Virus record (IMG/VR): IMGVR_UViG_3300044613_001835
Span: 7,728-71,727 of that record
Direction: 5' to 3' (one strand)
DNA length: 64,000 nt
DNA from: a virus
A program made the translations under genes and the position numbers. The stretch's first letter is position 1. Every line of letters starts with the position of its first letter. The notes beneath the pieces were generated by a model that searched no databases, was not told the DNA's origin, and was given only the letters and a program-made list of their open reading frames with translations. Shown here piece by piece: positions 1 through 5,509 of this stretch.

Positions 1-196
1 TTATTTCTTTGCTATCTTCAATTAATATAAAAGTAGGTATTGCTTTAATTTCAAACTTTCTACAAAGTTCTCCATTATCGTCAGCATCTATGAATTGAAT
101 TTTAATTACATTATCTTTATTAAATTCTTCAGCAATAGGTCTAGTACGCTTGCATGGATTGCACCACTCCGCTGTAAAATAAAGTATATGTTTCAT
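1..196 (-). CDS. trxA: Thioredoxin (3' end runs off the window; absent from ORF track)
   Basis: Manual translation from ATG 196: MKHILYFTAEWCNPCKRTRP...FEIKAIPTFIL. WCxxC active site and cis-Pro IPT motif; start overlaps upstream TAA (TAATG). Confidence 0.9.
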   Translation of the reverse strand, partial: MKHILYFTAEWCNPCKRTRPIAEEFNKDNVIKIQFIDADDNGELCRKFEIKAIPTFILIEDSKEI

Positions 197-603
197 TACT
201 TGCCAGACTTTGCTCTAGCCTTTTTTAATACTTCAAAATCTTTAATCTTAGTTTCCCCAAGATATCCCCAAGCATATCCATCGTTAATCATCTTATTATT
301 AATTGATTCAGACTCTCCGTTAATATAAATCCAGCCAAGAATACGTCCATATTTTTCAGATGAGTTCATTTTTTCTGTACGAATAACTACAGACTTTGCA
401 TCCTTAAGTTGTTTCTTTAAATATTCTTTAGATTCAAGACCAAGAACTTTTTCAGCCTTATCTGTTGTACGTGACTCTGGCGTATCAATGCCAGCCAAAC
501 GAACACGGGATGAAAATAAAATATCAAAACCTAAATCAATAATTACATCAATGGTATCTCCATCAACAACATTTTTTACTTCTTTTACAAAATACTCATA
601 CAT
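196..603 (-). CDS. Thermonuclease (SNase-like) family protein
   Basis: VVDGDT, RVRLAGIDTPE and KYGRILG motifs of the staphylococcal nuclease fold. Confidence 0.9.
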   Translation of the reverse strand: MYEYFVKEVKNVVDGDTIDVIIDLGFDILFSSRVRLAGIDTPESRTTDKAEKVLGLESKEYLKKQLKDAKSVVIRTEKMNSSEKYGRILGWIYINGESESINNKMINDGYAWGYLGETKIKDFEVLKKARAKSGK

Positions 604-636
604 GTTATTTCCCTGACTTTTCTAGTAATTAATATA

Positions 637-1347
637 TTATAACACTTCTATTAAGACTTGCATTTGACATACAGCAATATATTTATAGTTTATGTTATTT
701 TTTTTACAATATTCTTGCCATGCTTTAAATTCACAATTTTCCCAACCATGAAAACCAAAATATTCATCAAACAAAATAAGAGTTCCAGGGACAATCCTGC
801 TTGGTCCAATTTCATTAAGTACAGTCAATGTGGACTCATAAGTATCACAATCTATATTAATTAATGAAAATACACCTTTATTGTTATTTAACCATTTTGG
901 CAAACTTTCAGAAAAAGATCCTTTGACCAAACAAACATTTTCATCTACATTTGGAATAACTCCATTTTGATCAAAACTTCCTTTATAATGATCTAAAACA
1001 TAGTCTTCTTCTAGTCCTCTAAATGAGTCAAAACCAAAAATTTTTTTAGGATAAATTAATTTTGCCAAAAAATTAATTGATACTCCTTGAAAAACTCCAA
1101 ATTCTGCTATATGACCATCTATTTTTATTTTAGAAACTGCACATTGCCACATGCTTGGCTTATGGCTACCGCTAAAGATTGTTGCTCCAGGCATATTATT
1201 TTCTGCATAATCAGCAGACTTTTCAACTGCTCTATTAGATAAAACAAGTGGAACACGTTTGTATAAAAGATTATATAATTGTGAATTTAATAACTTAACT
1301 TCTTCAATTAAAAGTGAGGAATCTACATTTGTGTCATTAAGTGTCAT
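637..1347 (-). CDS. TylF/MycF-like SAM-dependent O-methyltransferase
   Basis: AEFGVFQGVS, GFDSFRGL, KGSFSESLP, NIDCDTYEST, LFDEY and EFKAW motifs. Confidence 0.8.
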   Translation of the reverse strand: MTLNDTNVDSSLLIEEVKLLNSQLYNLLYKRVPLVLSNRAVEKSADYAENNMPGATIFSGSHKPSMWQCAVSKIKIDGHIAEFGVFQGVSINFLAKLIYPKKIFGFDSFRGLEEDYVLDHYKGSFDQNGVIPNVDENVCLVKGSFSESLPKWLNNNKGVFSLINIDCDTYESTLTVLNEIGPSRIVPGTLILFDEYFGFHGWENCEFKAWQEYCKKNNINYKYIAVCQMQVLIEVL

Positions 1348-1583
1348 TCTTTTATTAATCTTTCTCTTTCATCAATAATTTCAACCATAAACTTCATCAT
1401 TTTGTCATAGCCAACTGCATTGTCCATAATTTTATTATAATGATGGCTACAGAAAAGTAATTCTCCTGAATTACCAATTACTTTAACATATGCCTGTGCA
1501 GCGCATGAGTCACAACGATCTGTTGCATCTAAAAGCCATACTTTAGGTTTTACACTTGGATGATCTTTAATTGCACTATTCAT
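1344..1583 (-). CDS. Small zinc-binding protein of an actinobacterial-type family; probably leaderless
   Basis: DRCDSCAAQAYV...LLFCSHH (CxxC...CxHH). TATAAT at 1590-1595 lies 6 nt before ATG 1583, favouring that start over 1598. Confidence 0.7.
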   Translation of the reverse strand: MNSAIKDHPSVKPKVWLLDATDRCDSCAAQAYVKVIGNSGELLFCSHHYNKIMDNAVGYDKMMKFMVEIIDERERLIKE

Positions 1584-1598
1584 AGTATTATTATACAT

Positions 1599-1772
1599 CT
1601 ACTTTCTGTTATCGGTGCTATAGAAGCCACGGCCATTAAAAATTATACCTGGAGAACTCCATACTCTTTGCATAGATTCATTACAACATATTGGAAATTG
1701 TTCGTCGCCAATTAATTTTTCAAATTCAATTTGTGCACTACAAACAGAACATTTATAGTCATATCTTGGCAT
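1599..1772 (-). CDS. FmdB-family zinc-ribbon protein, 57 aa (absent from ORF track)
   Basis: MPRYDYKCSVC...PICCNESMQRVWSSPGIIFNGRGFYSTDNRK; SD AAGGAG upstream. Confidence 0.85.
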   Translation of the reverse strand: MPRYDYKCSVCSAQIEFEKLIGDEQFPICCNESMQRVWSSPGIIFNGRGFYSTDNRK

Positions 1773-1796
1773 CTAATAACTCCTTTTTAAAAATAA

Positions 1797-1824
1797 TAAG
1801 CAGTTTATGGACATGCTCAGGTCT
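1797..1824 (-). ncRNA. Candidate small H-type pseudoknot at a transcript 5' end
   Basis: AGACCTGAGCATGTCCATAAACTGCTTA: GAC/GTC stem, loop TGAGCA pairs with TGCTTA; begins about 7 nt after TATAAT (1832-1837). Confidence 0.45.
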
Positions 1825-1846
1825 ACTATATATTATACAGTTTTAG

Positions 1847-2278
1847 TTACTTTTTTGCAACCTTGATAGCAATTTCTTTTGGCTTTTTATCTTCTGGAAT
1901 AATGCGATCAATGTCAATATGCAACATACCATCTTTCATTTCAGCACCAGTTACTTCCATATATTCACCAAGAGCGAATGTGCGGGTAAACTTACGACCA
2001 GCAATTCCTTTATGAACAATTTCTGCATCTGCTACCTCTATAAGTTCTCCTTTAATAATTAATGTTCCATTATCTACAGAAACATTGATATCATCTTTAG
2101 AGAATCCAGCAACTGCTAAAGACAACTTATATGTGTCTTCATCTAATTTTAAAATGTCATATGGCGGATATGCCTGACGAGTTGCCAGATTATGTACTGC
2201 ATTTAAACGGTCTAACTCTCTGTTGAAACCAATAAAAAAAGGATCCTTAAAAAGATCCAGTGCAAATGAACTTACCAT
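1847..2278 (-). CDS. hsp20: Small heat-shock protein Hsp20/IbpA
   Basis: FFIGF, YPPYDI, LAVAGF, HKGIAGRKFTRTF, MKDGMLHI and C-terminal IAI (IxI) motif. Confidence 0.95.
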   Translation of the reverse strand: MVSSFALDLFKDPFFIGFNRELDRLNAVHNLATRQAYPPYDILKLDEDTYKLSLAVAGFSKDDINVSVDNGTLIIKGELIEVADAEIVHKGIAGRKFTRTFALGEYMEVTGAEMKDGMLHIDIDRIIPEDKKPKEIAIKVAKK

Positions 2279-2286
2279 GTTATATT

Positions 2287-2335
2287 CTCCTTTTCAGCGA
2301 GTTTCATTTTTTGTATCTCCATTTGGCAGATACAA
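2287..2335 (-). promoter_or_regulatory. ROSE-like RNA thermometer 5' UTR of hsp20
   Basis: CTCGCT-GAAA-AGGAG hairpin sequesters the SD with a bulged G (U(U/C)GCU motif); upstream hairpin TTGTATCT..AGATACAA. Confidence 0.7.
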
Positions 2336-2339
2336 TCCT

Positions 2340-2348
2340 ATTATATCA
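2340..2348 (-). promoter_or_regulatory. Extended -10 promoter of hsp20
   Basis: TGATATAAT immediately upstream of the structured leader. Confidence 0.65.
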
Positions 2349-2355
2349 CTTGTTG

Positions 2356-2427
2356 AGCCCCCTGTAGGATTTGAACCTACGACAACCCGCTTACAAGGCG
2401 GGTACTCTACCACTGAGTTAAGGAGGC
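2356..2427 (-). tRNA. tRNA-Thr(UGU), CCA not encoded
   Basis: Cloverleaf: acceptor GCCTCCT/AGGGGGC, anticodon arm CCCGC-CTTGTAA-GCGGG, T-loop TTCAAAT. Confidence 0.95.
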
Positions 2428-2429
2428 AG

Positions 2430-2501
2430 TACCCCCAAGGGGAATTGAACCCCTGCTACCACCGTGAAAGGGTGATGTCCTGACCACTAGACGATGAGGG
2501 C
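2430..2501 (-). tRNA. tRNA-Glu(UUC), CCA not encoded
   Basis: Cloverleaf: acceptor GCCCTCA/TGGGGGT, anticodon arm TCACC-CTTTCAC-GGTGG, T-loop TTCAATT. Confidence 0.95.
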
Positions 2502-2502
2502 A

Positions 2503-2576
2503 TGGAGCGGATAGCGGGAATCGGACCCGCACATTAACCTTGGCAAGGTTACGCACTACCACTATGCAATATCCGC
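2503..2576 (-). tRNA. tRNA-Gly(GCC), CCA encoded, atypical T-loop
   Basis: Acceptor GCGGATA/TATCCGC followed by TCCA, anticodon arm TAACC-TTGCCAA-GGTTA, T-loop TCCGATT. Confidence 0.92.
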
Positions 2577-2594
2577 AACACTATTTAGTTATTA

Positions 2595-3275
2595 TTACTT
2601 AGTCCAACCGTCTAAAAGTATTAACAATCTACTAATTTTTGATTGCAACAAAGTAAGATTTCGTTCTATAAGTATAGAGGAAACTTCTTCTGCAGTTTTT
2701 CTTTCTGCAAATATTGTTGATTCTGTTCTTGTAGATGTACTAGTTACTTCGGTTGCACTAACAACTGCAGTAACACTATCTTTAAGTGGTAAAGTCTTAA
2801 GTTCAATTTGATCAAAAGTTTTTCCAATTGTATCTTCATAAGAAAAACTCTTTTGATTTCCTTCGGATATAGTAACGGAAACAGTGCTTGTTTCAGTATT
2901 TGTTGTATTTGTAACAACATCTATTTTATTAACAACAACTTCATTATTAATTGTAAATGATCCACTAGAATAAACAACATCTTTTCCTGGAGTATTAGAA
3001 TGATTATAGTGTCCACCTTGATTTTGTCCAGTGGAACTTGCTGCTACTTGTGGAACTACTCTAGTACCATCTGGAAGAGTTCCACTACCGCAAAATGATG
3101 GTTGACACACAATAACGTTAGTCACAACTCCAGAATTATCTAGAACTGCATAAGTGTGACATGGATCTGCTACAGAACATTCTCCTGCATTTGCTGCAAC
3201 TGGAACTGAAATAAATACAAAAGATGAAGCAATTACCCCAAAAATTGTACCAATAACCTTATTTTTTAGTTTCAT
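2595..3275 (-). CDS. Secreted hypothetical protein with four N-terminal Cys
   Basis: Signal peptide ending ANA, Cys-containing N domain, Thr-rich beta region. Confidence 0.65.
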   Translation of the reverse strand: MKLKNKVIGTIFGVIASSFVFISVPVAANAGECSVADPCHTYAVLDNSGVVTNVIVCQPSFCGSGTLPDGTRVVPQVAASSTGQNQGGHYNHSNTPGKDVVYSSGSFTINNEVVVNKIDVVTNTTNTETSTVSVTISEGNQKSFSYEDTIGKTFDQIELKTLPLKDSVTAVVSATEVTSTSTRTESTIFAERKTAEEVSSILIERNLTLLQSKISRLLILLDGWTK

Positions 3276-3290
3276 TTTACCCCTTAGTTT

Positions 3291-3497
3291 TTAAGATATC
3301 ATCAATCTGATGACATGACAACATGGGTCGCCTCCTGCTTCCCACTCTTCTTGCTCTTCTTCCCCCATATATTCGTATCCACCATCATGTGTATTGCAAT
3401 AAGGTGGTGTTACCCAACCTCTTTCAATACCGTTTTCAAGCCAGATACCAAATTCTGTCTCTTCTGGAGACAAATCTTCTTTATATGAATGATTCAT
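3291..3497 (-). CDS. Small acidic Cys/His hypothetical protein; probably leaderless
   Basis: GWVTPPYCNTHDG...DPCCHVIRL; TATACT 6 nt upstream of ATG. Confidence 0.7.
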   Translation of the reverse strand: MNHSYKEDLSPEETEFGIWLENGIERGWVTPPYCNTHDGGYEYMGEEEQEEWEAGGDPCCHVIRLMIS

Positions 3498-3512
3498 ATT
3501 GTAAGTATACCT

Positions 3513-4043
3513 TTAAATGCTTACTACGTCAACTGGGCCCATGCAAGTTGGACTAAATTTAATAGCAGCATTTACTGCTCCAACCACTCTTTTACGAGCA
3601 TCTTTAGATTTTTCTGTAGCATGTAAATAACCATAAGCATATTCAGCCCCAGACCCCATTGCTAAATAATCTAAATTATATTTAGATAAAGACATATCAA
3701 CTGCATTGTGTTCATATATTTGTCCCTTTATACAAATAATTAAACCAAGATCAGCCTCTTTACCAGTATCAACCCACCAGTCATTATAAAAATTTTTTAA
3801 TTGTTTAATAAATTTAGTTTGCATAAACTTATCTAAATCTTTTATATCTGGCACATACGGATTAAAATTATACCGAATACGTTCTCCATCTAATGATCCT
3901 GCATATCCAAGTAAATATGGGCCAAGTTTCCAAACTTTTGGAGCAGTCAAAGAAAGTATGGTGTTATCATCTGAGGCACCACGTTCACCAGCCATATATA
4001 TTTTGTTAGTTGCTGAATCACGAACAACGGCCAGAACAGTCAT
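3513..4043 (-). CDS. Ntn-hydrolase protease (HslV/proteasome beta-like)
   Basis: Thr directly after Met, conserved Lys (PKV), GYAGS and AMGSGAEYAYGYL motifs. Confidence 0.8.
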   Translation of the reverse strand: MTVLAVVRDSATNKIYMAGERGASDDNTILSLTAPKVWKLGPYLLGYAGSLDGERIRYNFNPYVPDIKDLDKFMQTKFIKQLKNFYNDWWVDTGKEADLGLIICIKGQIYEHNAVDMSLSKYNLDYLAMGSGAEYAYGYLHATEKSKDARKRVVGAVNAAIKFSPTCMGPVDVVSI

Positions 4044-4071
4044 AAAAAATCCCCCTAGAATATACTATTTA

Positions 4072-4100
4072 AGTATACCAAACCATTTTTACTTAGTCAA
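4072..4100 (-). promoter_or_regulatory. Housekeeping-sigma promoter for the Ntn protease
   Basis: TTGACT-17 bp-TATACT with TG extension. Confidence 0.8.
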
Positions 4101-4106
4101 AGACCT

Positions 4107-4682
4107 TTATTTAATAGTTTGACCACATGCTGAGCATGTTTTAGGCTTAGCAGCAGCCTTTTTAGTAGTACCCGCAGGGGCAGAGCCAAACTTAGGTCTA
4201 CCAAACCCTACAATAGAAACCATTATATTTTTTTTATTTTTCTTATATGCACGAAGTTTTTTAGATACTTGGCCACCATTACGTTGGCTACCTTTTTCAT
4301 CAGGGCTGGTATTTCCTTCAATGCACCAGACTGTTCCATCTTCATTATCTTTTACGACAATTCCTACGTGACTAATCCTATCAACACCATCTGATGGAAA
4401 ATCAAAATAGGCAATATCTCCTGGCTCTGGATCTGCCAAGTCTCCATCAATCCAAGACCCAGCCTTTTTAAATGCTTGTGCTCCACCTGGAGTATAAACA
4501 GTGTTTGGAACTTTTACCCCTGCCTCATTAGCACACCAGTTAACAAATGATCCGCACCATGGCTGAAAGTTAGCCTTTGTATAGGCGCCATATTTAGTTT
4601 CATTATCTTTAGGCCCTTCAATGGTTCCTACCTCTGCTGTAGCAACTTCAATTAAACGTGCTGCTGTACCTTGATCTGCCAT
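4107..4682 (-). CDS. CHAP-domain endolysin
   Basis: QPWCGSFVNW (catalytic Cys), PGDI, SHVGIV (catalytic His), IEGNT. Confidence 0.9.
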   Translation of the reverse strand: MADQGTAARLIEVATAEVGTIEGPKDNETKYGAYTKANFQPWCGSFVNWCANEAGVKVPNTVYTPGGAQAFKKAGSWIDGDLADPEPGDIAYFDFPSDGVDRISHVGIVVKDNEDGTVWCIEGNTSPDEKGSQRNGGQVSKKLRAYKKNKKNIMVSIVGFGRPKFGSAPAGTTKKAAAKPKTCSACGQTIK

Positions 4683-4684
4683 TT

Positions 4685-5092
4685 TTATTTATCCCAATCT
4701 GTATCAACTGGTTGTTCTTCTGGCATTGCACCATCTGGCTTTGCTGCTAGACGTGCTGCTGTTGCATCAATTTCTGCCTCTAATTTTTTGTCTGCTTGTG
4801 TATTTTTTGCATCCATTTCTTTATTGGCTAATTGTGCTGACATTACATCTTTAGCACCAGACTGACCAATAAGAAGTCCTGCAAGTGTTCCTGTAATAAA
4901 AGTAGCAACGCTACCTAAAACGTTAAAAAACATCTTGTCATTTTCAGACTGTGCGCCGATAGGTTGCGACACAAATAAAAGACCATATAAAATTCCTACT
5001 GAAGTAAGAAATAAAATTGATCCTAATGTAATACCTAATATAAACTTTAATCTTGCGTCTAAATCTTGTGGAGATAGTTTTTCTTTAGCCAT
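4685..5092 (-). CDS. Two-TM membrane protein, putative holin
   Basis: Two hydrophobic helices and a charged C-terminal tail; directly upstream of the endolysin. Confidence 0.6.
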   Translation of the reverse strand: MAKEKLSPQDLDARLKFILGITLGSILFLTSVGILYGLLFVSQPIGAQSENDKMFFNVLGSVATFITGTLAGLLIGQSGAKDVMSAQLANKEMDAKNTQADKKLEAEIDATAARLAAKPDGAMPEEQPVDTDWDK

Positions 5093-5309
5093 TATTTGTT
5101 CCCCCTGTTGTATTTATGTCTATTTTTGTGTCTATCTTAATCATATCTTTTGTACATGTTCCAGATGCTTCACAAATTGGGGGATTGCATTCAGCCTTCT
5201 CCCAATTGTCAGGATTTTGACAAGGATATCTATAGAAACCTTGATAGCCACATCCAGCCAATGAAAATATTAGTACTGAAATTAATGATAGGTTACGAAA
5301 GGTTTTCAT
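5085..5309 (-). CDS. Small Cys-rich lipoprotein
   Basis: Lipobox LAGC then YRYPCQ..W...ECNPPIC...GTC. ATG 5309 lies 7 nt after TATAAT (track start 5318 is in frame). Confidence 0.7.
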   Translation of the reverse strand: MKTFRNLSLISVLIFSLAGCGYQGFYRYPCQNPDNWEKAECNPPICEASGTCTKDMIKIDTKIDINTTGGTNNG

Positions 5310-5330
5310 AACCTCCATTATACTATACTA

Positions 5331-5507
5331 TTACTCTTCTTCTTTACGGATTCCTATGGTTGCAAACCATATGGCTACTGATGCTAGGGTTACATACCCA
5401 ACCACCGTCTTTGCGCTACCCTCTAAAACCACCCATGCCACAAAGAAGCCAAGAAATGTAAAGTTTTCATTGAGGATTGCCATGCCCCATTCTTTCAACT
5501 TTTTCAT
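5331..5507 (-). CDS. 58-aa two-TM membrane protein (absent from ORF track)
   Basis: MKKLKEWGMAILNENFTFLGFFVAWVVLEGSAKTVVGYVTLASVAIWFATIGIRKEEE; SD AAGGAG within the end of the upstream gene. Confidence 0.75.
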   Translation of the reverse strand: MKKLKEWGMAILNENFTFLGFFVAWVVLEGSAKTVVGYVTLASVAIWFATIGIRKEEE

Positions 5508-5509
5508 TT

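Noticed and set aside
2223-2483. 86-aa plus-strand ORF
   Set aside because: It is antisense to the tRNA genes and the hsp20 leader.
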